Below are positions 43,831 through 53,268 of a DNA stretch of 64,000 nucleotides, one piece after another (position 1 is the stretch's first letter; each line of letters begins with the position of its first letter). The position numbers and the translations under genes are program-made. The notes under the pieces were generated by a model. That model made no database searches, was not told the DNA's origin, and was given only the letters and a program-made list of their open reading frames with translations. Source of the DNA: an uncultured Thermoleophilia bacterium. Lineage in GTDB: Bacteria; Actinomycetota; Thermoleophilia; UBA2241. The stretch spans positions 289,405 through 353,404 of the forward strand of contig CAVPCT010000006.1 of the NCBI GenBank assembly GCA_963702475.1, in the 5' to 3' direction.

Positions 43831-45504
43831 ATGGCAAGACGTCTCCGTATTCTTCTCATGGTCGTGCTGTGCGTGGGGGTGGTGCTGGCCCTCGCGGCGC
43901 CGGCGATGGCCAAACGGCCCACGCACTTCATGATCGTCGTCATCGACCAGATGCAGCCCGGCTACGCGCAGCAGTTCGACATGGCGAACGTGCTCATGCT
44001 GCAGAAGAAAGGCGTCAACTTCCCCAACGCGTACGTGGGCCACATGGCGTCGGAGACGGTGATAGCCCACAACGTCATGGTCAGCGGGCAGTTCCCCAAG
44101 CACATGGGCTGGTCGGACGAGGCCTTCCGCGACGTCAACAACATCATCGGCTACGGGACCGACGCCATCGTCACCAGCGGTGACCTGGGCTACGCCGACT
44201 ACGAGAAGCTCATCGCCGAGTGGGACTACAAGAAGCTCGGCGACTACCTGCACGAGAAGTTCCCCGGCACGATCGTCGCCAATGTGGGCCAGAAGGGCTA
44301 CCAGGTCGAGTCGATGGCGGCGTCGAGCTCGGACTACTACGTCCGCTACGGCAGCAAGAAGAAGACGTCCGACCTGGCCGACCCGAGCGTCGTGCCGTGG
44401 ACGGGCACCTACCGCGGCCCGTCCGGCAAGCTTCCCGACTACATCAAGAGCGACAACCGCTTCCTCGTGAGCGTCGGGAACCCTTCGGACTCGCTCGAGA
44501 CCACCAAGACCGCGCCGGCCTGGATCTACCCGGAGGACGGTCGCTACGTGGTCGACAGCTATCAAGGCCATCAGGGCGGCGACAACTGGGTCGCCGATGC
44601 CACCCTCAAGATCATGGACAACGAGGAGTGGTCCGGCCTGTGGGTGACCTTCAGTTCCATGGACAAGGTCGGCCACATGTGGGGCACCGGCGAGATCGAC
44701 ACCGTCGCCGAGTACGGCTGGGATCCGAGCTCGCTGTTCGCCCAGATCCACATGCCGTGGGTGGCCAAGAACGCCGACGACCAGCTCGGCCGTCTGCTAG
44801 CCAAGCTCAAGGAGAAGGGCATCGACGACGAGACCCTCATCGTGGTGACGGCCGACCACGCCGCCACCTACGGCAAGGGCGAGGGCTACAGGGGCGTGAA
44901 CACGTACGACGGCGGTAACCTGTTCAACTGGTACGCCGGCTCCTGGTTCCCGGGCTACGGCTCCGACCCCAAGGTCCCCAACACCAGCCCCGGCTCGCCG
45001 AACCTCAAGCCGCTCATGGATACGGGCAACGTGGCCTTCAGCTACCAGTCCACCGCCATCGAGACCTGGCTCAAGGACTGGAGCATGGCCAAGAAGCTGG
45101 CGGCCGCGGACGTGATGGAGGATCTGCCGGGCGTCATAGCCACTTACGTGAAGAACGGCGACCGCTACAAGCGGTACTCGGTGGACGTGGCCATGACCAA
45201 GTCCGAGAGCAACTGGTGGACCGCCCACGGTCAGGAGCTGGTCAACACCATGTGTTTCGAGGGCTCGGGTGACGTGGTCGGGTTGCTCGCCGACAAGAAC
45301 AGCTACGGCGCCTTCGGCGACCACGGCGGCGCGCAGATGGAGGTGCAGCGCATCCCGATGGCCTGGTACATGCCGGGCATCAAGCACGCCGTGAACAAGG
45401 CCGGGATCCGGCTGGTGGACCTCATGCCGACGGCGATGAAGGCGCTCGGCATCGCCGCCACCGACCCGATGGACGGCAAGGCGTACGACCTGAAGATCAA
45501 GTGA
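43831..45504 (+). CDS. Secreted alkaline-phosphatase-superfamily phosphoesterase (NPP/phosphodiesterase-like)
   Basis: Signal peptide MARRLRILLMVVLCVGVVLALAAPAMA. Metal and nucleophile blocks VVIDQMQPGY, MASETVIAHN, SSMDKVGHMWG and VVTADHA. The ATG follows AGGAGGAG. Confidence 0.8.
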   Translation: MARRLRILLMVVLCVGVVLALAAPAMAKRPTHFMIVVIDQMQPGYAQQFDMANVLMLQKKGVNFPNAYVGHMASETVIAHNVMVSGQFPKHMGWSDEAFRDVNNIIGYGTDAIVTSGDLGYADYEKLIAEWDYKKLGDYLHEKFPGTIVANVGQKGYQVESMAASSSDYYVRYGSKKKTSDLADPSVVPWTGTYRGPSGKLPDYIKSDNRFLVSVGNPSDSLETTKTAPAWIYPEDGRYVVDSYQGHQGGDNWVADATLKIMDNEEWSGLWVTFSSMDKVGHMWGTGEIDTVAEYGWDPSSLFAQIHMPWVAKNADDQLGRLLAKLKEKGIDDETLIVVTADHAATYGKGEGYRGVNTYDGGNLFNWYAGSWFPGYGSDPKVPNTSPGSPNLKPLMDTGNVAFSYQSTAIETWLKDWSMAKKLAAADVMEDLPGVIATYVKNGDRYKRYSVDVAMTKSESNWWTAHGQELVNTMCFEGSGDVVGLLADKNSYGAFGDHGGAQMEVQRIPMAWYMPGIKHAVNKAGIRLVDLMPTAMKALGIAATDPMDGKAYDLKIK

Positions 45505-45531
45505 TCCCGATCGCCTGAGCGACGCCGACCT

Positions 45532-45569
45532 GCGCCGGGCCGGCCTCCGGGAGGAGGCCGGCCCGGCGC
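45532..45569 (+). terminator. Rho-independent-type terminator after the phosphoesterase gene
   Basis: 17-bp perfect stem GCGCCGGGCCGGCCTCC / GGAGGCCGGCCCGGCGC with a GGGA loop, followed by CTCTCTGT. Confidence 0.6.
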
Positions 45570-45696
45570 CTCTCTGTGAGCCGGACGTGATCCGCGCTCG
45601 CCCCGCGGTCGCGTCCGGCCGGTTGCGGCTCTCCTCGCCCGCCCTCAGGATGGAGCTCCGGCCGTGGGGCCGGACATCGGGAGCCGGGAGGCACGC

Positions 45697-46824
45697 GTGC
45701 GCATCGAACCGTTCTTCGTCGAGCAGTGGATGAACGCCCACGAGACCACGGCCACGTGGAACATCGCCGAGACGTGTGTGCACTCGCTGACCCTCGAGGC
45801 GCTGCTCGAGCTCAGTGGCGACGCCGACGGCGTGCTGCGTCGCCTGCGCGAGACCAGGCTCGGGTACGGGGACATCGTCGGCTCGCCGCGGCTGCGCGCC
45901 GCGATAGCGGCGCTGTACGGCGAGCACATCGGTCCTGAGAACGTCCTCACGGCCAACGGGGCCATCGGCGCCAACTTCCTGGCGCTCTACGCGCTGGCGG
46001 AGCCGGGTACGTCGGTGGTCAGCGTACAACCCACGTACCAGCAGCTCTACTCAGTACCCGAAGCGCTCGGGGCGGAGGTGCACGCAGTGCGCCTGCGAGA
46101 AGCGGACGGCTACATGCCCGACATCGACGCGATCCGCGCAGCGTGCGACGCTCGTACGCGGCTCGTCATCCTGAACAACCCCAACAATCCGACCGGCGCC
46201 CTCATCGACGAGCCGTCGCTTAGCGAGATCGTCGAGGTGGCGCGAGAACATGACGCCTGGCTGTTCTGCGACGAGGTCTACCGGCGTCTGGAGCACGAGC
46301 CGGGGACGACGGCTCCGTCGGTGGCCGACCTGTACGAGAAGGGCGTCAGCAGCGGCAGCATGAGCAAGAGCTACTCGCTGGCCGGCCTGCGCACGGGCTG
46401 GGTGGCCGGCCCGCAGGAGCTCATCGAGCGCTGTCTCGAGGTGCGCGACTACACCACGATCAGCGCGGGGGTGCTGGACGACGCTCTGGCGGCCGTCGCT
46501 CTCGAGCACATCGACGCGGTCCTCGCGCGCAGCTTGGCGATCGTGCGCGGCAACCTGGCGGTCGTGGATGCGTGGGTGGCAAGCGAGCCGCGGCTGCGCT
46601 ACGTGCGGCCGCGGGCCGGCACCACGGCGCTCGTGAGGTACGAGCACGACATCCCGTCGGTCACGTTCTGCCAGGAGCTGTTCGACCTCAACGGCGCCTT
46701 CGTGGTGCCCGGCGCCGCCTTCGGCGAGGAGCACTCGTTCAGGCTGGGCTACGCCTGCGCCCGCGAGACGCTCGAGGGCGGTCTGGCGGCGGTGTCGGCG
46801 TACCTGCGGAGGCAGGAGGGCTGA
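45697..46824 (+). CDS. Class I/II PLP-dependent aminotransferase
   Basis: NNPNNPTGA and GSMSKSYSLAGLRTGW (PLP lysine). GTG 45697 follows GGGAGG; GTG 45664 is an alternative start. Confidence 0.88.
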   Translation: MRIEPFFVEQWMNAHETTATWNIAETCVHSLTLEALLELSGDADGVLRRLRETRLGYGDIVGSPRLRAAIAALYGEHIGPENVLTANGAIGANFLALYALAEPGTSVVSVQPTYQQLYSVPEALGAEVHAVRLREADGYMPDIDAIRAACDARTRLVILNNPNNPTGALIDEPSLSEIVEVAREHDAWLFCDEVYRRLEHEPGTTAPSVADLYEKGVSSGSMSKSYSLAGLRTGWVAGPQELIERCLEVRDYTTISAGVLDDALAAVALEHIDAVLARSLAIVRGNLAVVDAWVASEPRLRYVRPRAGTTALVRYEHDIPSVTFCQELFDLNGAFVVPGAAFGEEHSFRLGYACARETLEGGLAAVSAYLRRQEG

Positions 46825-47064
46825 GGGCCGGACCGAGTTGTGGCTCCGGAGCTGTGAGTCTTCGTGGTCATCGGGCCGCTCCCTCTCTCGCCAGGCCGTG
46901 CGGTGCCGTGCTGGGCACCCTGTCTCGATCTGACTGTAGGGCCCCGTCCCTCGGCAGTGACTCACCCGCACGAGGTGAAGTGGACGATGGCGCCGTCGGC
47001 ACAGGCTGCCGCAGCCACCGGCCTCCGGCCACGGGTCCGCACGGCCGGGTAAGATGGGCGGGAC

Positions 47065-47475
47065 ATGGATCCCGGGACTCAACCGCGTGGGAACGGCGCC
47101 GACACCAACGGATGTGGCGGGTCGGGTGCGGCGAGCGACGACTCGGCGCCGCGCAGGACCTGGCTCGCCGCGGAGCGTACGTATCTCGCCTGGGTCCGCA
47201 CGGCGCTCGGGGCGCTCGGCATGGCCCTCGCGGTAGGGCGCCTGCTGCCCGCGCTGGCCGACGTCTCTCACGTGGCCTTCGGCCTGTTGGGCGCCGCGTA
47301 CGGGGTCTTCGGCGTGCTCCTGCTCCTGTTCGCCGCGCACCGCGCCCGCGGCGTGCGGGGCGCGCTCGCCGCGCAGGAACAGCTGCCCGAGCACGGCTGG
47401 ACCATGACCGCCGTCACCGTCTTCGGTCTGGTCCTCGCCGTGCTCACCATCGCGCTCATCGTCGTGGAGATTTGA
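47065..47475 (+). CDS. DUF202 (YidH-like) membrane protein
   Basis: RTWLAAERTYLAWVRTALGALGMALAVGRLL followed by two further TM helices. Confidence 0.7.
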   Translation: MDPGTQPRGNGADTNGCGGSGAASDDSAPRRTWLAAERTYLAWVRTALGALGMALAVGRLLPALADVSHVAFGLLGAAYGVFGVLLLLFAAHRARGVRGALAAQEQLPEHGWTMTAVTVFGLVLAVLTIALIVVEI

Positions 47476-47518
47476 GCCTGAAGGCCGGCGACCGCCGTCG
47501 GCAGGGGGAGGGGATCGC

Positions 47519-49783
47519 GTGAAGCGGTACGCTGCGTCGCGGGAGCAGGTCGTCGCGCTGTGTCGCGGTCTGCTTGAGCGCGGCTATCTCAAGGCCACGG
47601 AGGGCAACGTCTCGGTGCGCGTGCCCGGCGAGGACGCCTTCGCCATCACGCCGTCCAACTACGACTACGCCATCATGCACGCGGAGGACATCTGCGTCCT
47701 CGACCACGACCTCAAACGGCTCGAGGGCGCCATGAAGGCGTCCATCGAGGCCGGTATGCACGCCGCGGTGTACGCGCGCCGCGACGACGTGAACGCCATC
47801 ATCCACACGCACCAGCCCTACGCCAGCGCGCTCGCCCTTGTGCGGCGCCCCATCCCCGCGCTGTTCGACGAGCAGGTGCGCTTCCTGGGGCGCTCCGTGG
47901 AGATCGTGGACTACGCGCCGTCGGGCACATCGTTCCTGCGCAAGAACGTGGAGAAGGCCGTGGGGAGCAACGCCAACGCGTACATCCTCGCCAACCACGG
48001 CGTGCTGGTGCTGGGGGGCGACCCGGAGCGCGCCGCCTTCAATATGGCGTTGCTCGAGAAGGTCGCCCTGGACTACCTCCTGGCGCTGATGACGGACGAG
48101 AAGGTGCGCAAGGTGCCGGCGCCGATCCGCGAGGTGGCGTTCGGCAGGCTGCGCAAGGACGAGAAGAGGCTCAGGAAGCAGCTCGAGGCCGCCCGGGAGG
48201 CGGCCGCTCAGGAGGAGGGTGCGGCGGCAGACGAAGCGGCGGCGCGGGCGGAGACGGCCGCGCCTGAGGCCGTCCCGGCCGGGAAGGAGGCCGGCGCTGC
48301 GGGGCCGGGCGAAGCCCGGCTGACCGGCGCCCAGCTCGCCGGCTACGCCATCGGGGCGTACCCGGACGTCGAGGACGTCTACGCGCGCCTCGACGCGCTC
48401 GTGCGGCAGCCCATCCGCCCGCTCAGGCGTGACGCCATGGCGGAGGCGCTCGACCACTACGAGACGAAGTGCCGCCGCAGCCGGGAGCTCACCGACGAAG
48501 CGGGTGAGCTCATCCCCGGCGGCGTCCAGCACAACCTCGCCTTCAACTACCCCTTCCCGCTCGCCATCGAGCGGGCTGAGGGCGCCCACCTCTGGGATGT
48601 CGACGGCAACCGCTACATCGACTTCCTCCAGGCCGGCGGGCCGACCGTGCTCGGCAGCAACTACCGGCCGCTCCGGGAGAAGGTCGCCGAGGTCGTGGCC
48701 GCCTCCGGCCCGGTCACCGGGCTGTTCCACGAGTACGAGCTCAAGTTGGCCGAGCTCGTGCACCGCCTGGTGCCGGCTTGCGAGCAGTTCCGCATGCTCG
48801 GCTCCGGCACCGAGAGCGTGATGGCCGCCGTGCGCGCCGCGCGCGCGTTCACCGGCAACAAGTGGGTCGTCAAGGTCGGCGGCGCCTACCACGGCTGGAG
48901 CGACCAGATGGTGTACGGCCTGCACGTGCCCGGCACTTGGCGGTTCGAGGCCAAGGGCATACCGTTCGGGGCGACGGCGCTGACGCGTGAGGTCTTTCCG
49001 AACGACCTCAAAGCGCTGCGCCGCAAGCTCCGGGAGAACAAGGCCCTGGGAGGGACCGCAGCCGTCATCGTGGAGCCGGTCGGGCCCGAGAGTGGCACGC
49101 GCCCGGTGCCGTTCGGCTTCAACGCTGCCGTGCGCAAGCTGTGCGACGAGTTCGGCGCGCTCCTCATCTTCGACGAGGTCGTCACCGGCTTCCGCCTCGG
49201 CCTGGGCGGGGCGCAGGGCTACTTCGGCGTGCGCCCCGATCTCACGATCTTCGGCAAGTGCATCACGGGTGGGTATCCCATGGCCGGCGGCGTGGGCGGG
49301 CGGCGCGACGTGATGGCGAGCTTCGCCTCCGGCATCGGCGGCAGGAGCGGCGAGTGCGCCTACGTGGGCGGCACCCTGAGCGCCAATCCGCTGAGCTGCG
49401 CCGCCGGCTACTTCGCCATCACCGAGATGGAGCGCACCAACGCGCCGGCGCTCGCAGGCGTCGCCGGCGACCGGCTCACGGCCGGGCTCCAGGACATCAT
49501 CCGGCGCCACCGGCTGCCGTTCGTCGCGTACAACCAGGGGTCCATCGTCCACCTCGAGACGTCGGGCGTGATGCTGCTCGACCTCAGGCACCCGCTGCGC
49601 TTCGCGAAGGAGATGAAGCCGCGTAAGCACATGCTCGAGGAGATGGGCGCGGCCTACGCGGCCGCCGGCATCGTCACGCTGGCCGGGTCGCGCATGTACA
49701 CGTCGATGGCCGACACCGACGAGGTGATCGACGACGCGCTCGAGCGCTTCGAGCAGGTGCTCTCACGGGTCGAGGGCGTCTGA
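47519..49783 (+). CDS. Fusion protein: class II aldolase/adducin-like domain plus class III aminotransferase (glutamate-1-semialdehyde 2,1-aminomutase-like) domain
   Basis: N-terminal part: ATEGNVSVRVPG, IIHTHQPYASALA and ANHGVLVLGG. An Ala/Glu-rich linker follows. C-terminal part: AEGAHLWDVDGNRYIDF and IFDEVVTGFRLGLGGAQGYFGVRPDLTIFGKCITGGYPMAGGVGGRRDVM. Confidence 0.85.
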   Translation: MKRYAASREQVVALCRGLLERGYLKATEGNVSVRVPGEDAFAITPSNYDYAIMHAEDICVLDHDLKRLEGAMKASIEAGMHAAVYARRDDVNAIIHTHQPYASALALVRRPIPALFDEQVRFLGRSVEIVDYAPSGTSFLRKNVEKAVGSNANAYILANHGVLVLGGDPERAAFNMALLEKVALDYLLALMTDEKVRKVPAPIREVAFGRLRKDEKRLRKQLEAAREAAAQEEGAAADEAAARAETAAPEAVPAGKEAGAAGPGEARLTGAQLAGYAIGAYPDVEDVYARLDALVRQPIRPLRRDAMAEALDHYETKCRRSRELTDEAGELIPGGVQHNLAFNYPFPLAIERAEGAHLWDVDGNRYIDFLQAGGPTVLGSNYRPLREKVAEVVAASGPVTGLFHEYELKLAELVHRLVPACEQFRMLGSGTESVMAAVRAARAFTGNKWVVKVGGAYHGWSDQMVYGLHVPGTWRFEAKGIPFGATALTREVFPNDLKALRRKLRENKALGGTAAVIVEPVGPESGTRPVPFGFNAAVRKLCDEFGALLIFDEVVTGFRLGLGGAQGYFGVRPDLTIFGKCITGGYPMAGGVGGRRDVMASFASGIGGRSGECAYVGGTLSANPLSCAAGYFAITEMERTNAPALAGVAGDRLTAGLQDIIRRHRLPFVAYNQGSIVHLETSGVMLLDLRHPLRFAKEMKPRKHMLEEMGAAYAAAGIVTLAGSRMYTSMADTDEVIDDALERFEQVLSRVEGV

Positions 49784-49837
49784 GGCCGAGGGCCGGCCGG
49801 GCCGGATTCGCCCGCCGGCCCGCTTTCGACCGCCGGC

Positions 49838-50347
49838 TCACCACCGCTCGTACTTGACGAGCTCGTCGAGGGGCCGGCGGCTGGTCTGCGCCCGGTCCTT
49901 GTCGGGGTAGCCGAGCGGCGTGAAGGCCAGCGGCTGCACGTCGGCGGGCAGCCCGAGCACCTCGCGCGCCGCGTCCGGGTCGAAGGCGGCGATCCAGCAG
50001 GTCCCCAGGCCGAGCGCCGTCGCCGCCAGCACGAGGTGGTCCATGGCGATGGTGGCATCCACCTCGTCGTAGGGCTTGTCGTCCATGCGCCGCCAGGCCT
50101 CACCGGGCACGGCCACGAAGGCGAGCACCAGCGGCGCCTGCGTGAACCAGCGGCGCCCGTAGACACGCCCGAGCTCTTCCTCCCGTCCCGCGGTGTGTGC
50201 CACGACGATGCGAAACGGCTGCCGGTTGGCCGCGGTCGGCGCCTGCCGCGCGGCCTCCAGTACCTTTGTCAGGTCCTCGTCGCTCACCGGGTCGGGCTTG
50301 TAGCCCCGCACGCTGTAGCGGTCTCTGATGGCCGTGAACACGTCCAC
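49838..50347 (-). CDS. Nitroreductase family protein
   Basis: IRDRYSVRGYKPDPV...ARQAPTAANRQPFRIVV...LGLGTCWIAAF. Confidence 0.85.
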   Translation of the reverse strand: MDVFTAIRDRYSVRGYKPDPVSDEDLTKVLEAARQAPTAANRQPFRIVVAHTAGREEELGRVYGRRWFTQAPLVLAFVAVPGEAWRRMDDKPYDEVDATIAMDHLVLAATALGLGTCWIAAFDPDAAREVLGLPADVQPLAFTPLGYPDKDRAQTSRRPLDELVKYERW

Positions 50348-50504
50348 GTGTCCCTCCCGCGTCGGTCGGTGGTGCCCTTCGCGTGCAGCCTACCCGTGCG
50401 CGAGCGAACGCGCTCCTCGAGAGAACCCCGGGCCGGCGCGCCGGACGCCTGTCCGGGGTCGGGGTTGCAGGGCCGGGGTCGGGCGTCGTGAACTACTCGG
50501 TGTG

Positions 50505-51458
50505 ATGGACGACGACCTGTTCAGCGGCAGCGGCACGCGCCCGGCCCGCCGGGAGGAGCGCCGCGCGCGGCTTCGCAGGCGGCGTCTTATCGCGCTGCTG
50601 GCCGTGCTGCTGGGCGCCGCCGCCGTGGCGGCCGTGTTGTTCGCCACGGGGCGCGTTCCCGGCGTCGCCTCGGGCGCCCCGGTCGTGAGCGCCGGCGAAG
50701 AGCAGGGCGGCGGCGGGCCTGCGGAGGCCGCCGCCCCGTCCGTCGCGGCGTCCCCGGTCGTCTCGTCTTCCCCGGCCCTCGTCTCCCCGTCGGTCTCGCC
50801 TTCGGCCGCGCCCACGCCGGAGCCGCCGCCGCTCGACAAGCCCACCAGCAAGGATCCCTACCGTGTGTACTTCGGCGGCGACTCCCTGGCCGGCCTGCCC
50901 GGGGAGCTCTTCGCCATCCTGGGGCGCAAGAACAGGCTCGTGAAGGTGCGCACCGACTACCAGGTGTCGTCCCGGCTCACCGATCCGGACCCCGTCGACT
51001 GGCCGGACCACCTGCGAGCGCAGCTCCGGACGCACGATCCGGAGCTGGGCGTCTTCATGATCGGCGTCAACGACCCCGGCATGCCGATGGTGGCTGAAGG
51101 GGAGTTCACGATGTACCCCGAGAAGGCGTGGCTCGACGAGTACCAGCGCCGCGCCGATCGCCTCATGAAGCTGATGCTGCGCGAAGGGGTGCGGCGCGTG
51201 TACTGGATCGGCCTGCCGGTGATGCCGGAGAAGGGTCAGACCGACCAGATGAAGCGGCTCAACGCACTGTTCAAGGCCGCCGCCGCGAAGCACCCCGACG
51301 TGGTGTACGTGGACACGTTCGACCTTCTCAAGGACAGGAGGGGACGGTTCGACGCATCGGTGCGCAGTGGTGACGGTGTGCACTTCACGAACGAGGGCGC
51401 CGGGCGTATCGTCGACGCGGTGTGGGAGGCCATGAAGCGGGACTGGCGCACGCCGTGA
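50505..51458 (+). CDS. Membrane-anchored SGNH/GDSL-type hydrolase (DUF459-like)
   Basis: Basic N-terminus plus a TM helix, then YFGGDSLAG (GDS block), FMIGVNDPG, and GDGVHFTNEGA (DxxH). ATG at aa 60 of ORF 50328-51458. Confidence 0.75.
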   Translation: MDDDLFSGSGTRPARREERRARLRRRRLIALLAVLLGAAAVAAVLFATGRVPGVASGAPVVSAGEEQGGGGPAEAAAPSVAASPVVSSSPALVSPSVSPSAAPTPEPPPLDKPTSKDPYRVYFGGDSLAGLPGELFAILGRKNRLVKVRTDYQVSSRLTDPDPVDWPDHLRAQLRTHDPELGVFMIGVNDPGMPMVAEGEFTMYPEKAWLDEYQRRADRLMKLMLREGVRRVYWIGLPVMPEKGQTDQMKRLNALFKAAAAKHPDVVYVDTFDLLKDRRGRFDASVRSGDGVHFTNEGAGRIVDAVWEAMKRDWRTP

Positions 51459-51547
51459 CGCGCCGCGGCGGGGTCAGGTCCCCCGCCGGCCCGTCCGGAG
51501 GTCAAAGGCGCCAGTGAACGGGCCGATGCAGGGAGGACATCATCCCG

Positions 51548-51889
51548 GTGCCGGGGCGCCGCCGGGAGAACGCCGGCAAGGCCCGCCGTGAGGGGGAGCA
51601 GGTGAACGAGGGCGGACCGGCAGGAGACGCTCAGGAGCAGCGTACCGCGCTGTCGTGCGGCCGGATCCACGTCCTGTCGCTGGAGGACGACCCGGCCGAC
51701 GAGATCTCGCTAGAGGGCCGCAACCTGGCCGTGGCCGGCGTGCTGGAGGCCATGTCGTCGCACAGGCCATACCGCGCGGCCCTGGGCCTGGAGCCCGCCC
51801 TGGCGAAGATCCGCGATGGCTCGGGCCGGCTCTACGACACCGACGTCGTCACGGCCTGCGCCAAGGTGTTCGAGGAGGAGGGCTTCTAG
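51548..51889 (+). pseudogene. Orphan C-terminal fragment of an HD-GYP/HD-domain phosphohydrolase
   Basis: Only the tail is recognisable: DEISLEGRNLAVAGVLEAMSSHRPYRAALGLEPALAKIRDGSGRLYDTDVVTACAKVFEEEGF. No HD or HHE..GYP motifs are seen upstream in this ORF. Confidence 0.55.
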
Positions 51890-51935
51890 TTCCAGGCGTG
51901 AGCGCTCCGCCGGCGCTCGGGGTACCATCACGAGC

Positions 51936-53165
51936 ATGGAATCTGTCTCCACGAGGCGACCCCGGCTCACCCGCGCGCAACGCCGCCGCCGCGCCCGCCT
52001 GCGCGGGCTCATCGCTCTCTGCGTGCTGGTCGCCGTGGCCGTGCTCGCCGCCATGGGCATCGCCCGCCTCGCCGGCGGGTCGCAGGCGGCGCCCGAGGCC
52101 TCTGCCGCGAGCGGCGCAGACGCCGGCGGCCGGGCGGTCACGACCGGGGAGACGTCGTCGGGCGGCTCCACGGCGGAGCCGTCGGCCGCCCCCTCTGCCG
52201 CCGGTCCCGTGCGCGTCGTGTCCGGCGGCGACGTGCTCACCGACCGCCAGGTCCGTGCGTACGCGTCGCAGTACGGCGCCGACGCCGTCTTCGCGGGCAT
52301 CGCCCCGCAGCTCCAGGCCGGCGACGCCGCCTGGGTCAACCTCGAAGGGCCCGTCTCCAGCGTCGGCAGCCCGGCCGCCGGCAAGGACTACACGTTCGAG
52401 GGACCGCCGGCCATGGCCGGCGCCCTGGCCGGCGCCGGCGTCGACGTCGTGACCGTAGCCAACAACCACGCCGTCGACTACGGACGCTCGGCGCTCAAGG
52501 ACACGGTCAAGAACCTCGAGGCTGCCGGGGTGCAGGTGGCCGGCGGCGGCAAGGACTTCGACGCGGCCCACTCCCCGGCGATCGTGGAGACGGCGGACGG
52601 CGTCAGGATCGGCTTCCTGGGCTACACCGACGTGATCTGGCCAGGCTTCGCAGCCACCGACACGCAGTGGGGCATCGCCGAGGCCGTCACCGACATGGCC
52701 CGGGTCAAGAAGGACGTGCGCGAGCTGGCGAAGCAGGTGGACTACGTGGTCGTCGGCTTCCACTGGGGGTACGAGTACGAGCACTACCCCATCGCCCAGC
52801 AGACCTCGGAGGCGCACGCCGTGATCGACGCCGGCGCCGACCTCGTGATCGGGCACCACCCGCACGTGCTGCAAGGCTTCGAGACCTACCGCGGTGCGCT
52901 GATCGCCTACAGCCTGGGCGACCTGGTGTTCGACCACTACAGCGTGGAGACCGGCCAGACAGTTCTCGTGGACGCGGTTCTCACGCCGACGGGGGTCAAG
53001 GCCACCCTCATCCCGGTGTACGTGTCGAGCGGCGGTATCCCGGAGGTCCAGCGCGGCTCCTCCGCGAAGACGATCCTGAACCTGGTCAAGGAGTACTCCA
53101 AGCCACTGGACACGTACGTACGCATCAAGGGTGACGTCGCCACGGTGAAGGCCGGCAAGCCCTGA
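51936..53165 (+). CDS. CapA-family (poly-gamma-glutamate capsule synthesis-like) metallophosphoesterase, membrane anchored
   Basis: WVNLEGPV, VTVANNHAVDYG, VGFHWGYEYE and IGHHPHVLQG. N-terminal TM helix. ATG at aa 41 of ORF 51816-53165. Confidence 0.85.
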   Translation: MESVSTRRPRLTRAQRRRRARLRGLIALCVLVAVAVLAAMGIARLAGGSQAAPEASAASGADAGGRAVTTGETSSGGSTAEPSAAPSAAGPVRVVSGGDVLTDRQVRAYASQYGADAVFAGIAPQLQAGDAAWVNLEGPVSSVGSPAAGKDYTFEGPPAMAGALAGAGVDVVTVANNHAVDYGRSALKDTVKNLEAAGVQVAGGGKDFDAAHSPAIVETADGVRIGFLGYTDVIWPGFAATDTQWGIAEAVTDMARVKKDVRELAKQVDYVVVGFHWGYEYEHYPIAQQTSEAHAVIDAGADLVIGHHPHVLQGFETYRGALIAYSLGDLVFDHYSVETGQTVLVDAVLTPTGVKATLIPVYVSSGGIPEVQRGSSAKTILNLVKEYSKPLDTYVRIKGDVATVKAGKP

Positions 53166-53268
53166 CGGCGGCCGGCGCCGGGATGCCGGCGCCGGGAACG
53201 GCTTCGGCCCGGGCTCCACGCACCGGCTTCGGGCCGGCCTGACCGGCGCCCTCGCCCGACGGGGCGTC

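Noticed and set aside
38545-44751. Long ORFs 38545-40674 (+), 41265-43004 (+) and 43723-44751 (-)
   Set aside because: Each is antisense to a gene with clear family motifs (SDH protease/membrane protein, decarboxylase, phosphoesterase). The same reasoning applies to 32716-34392 (-), 61720-63045 (-), 30011-31681 upstream of aa 124, and 17888-19600 upstream of the MoaD-like part.
46864-47052. 62-codon ORF in the 240-nt gap
   Set aside because: It has no ribosome-binding site, no family resemblance and a Pro/Ala/Arg-rich composition. The region is kept only as a noncoding region of interest.
47456-49630. 724-aa minus-strand ORF
   Set aside because: It is antisense to the aldolase-aminotransferase fusion gene. 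Its composition is rich in Arg, Ala, Gly and His, and no family features are present.
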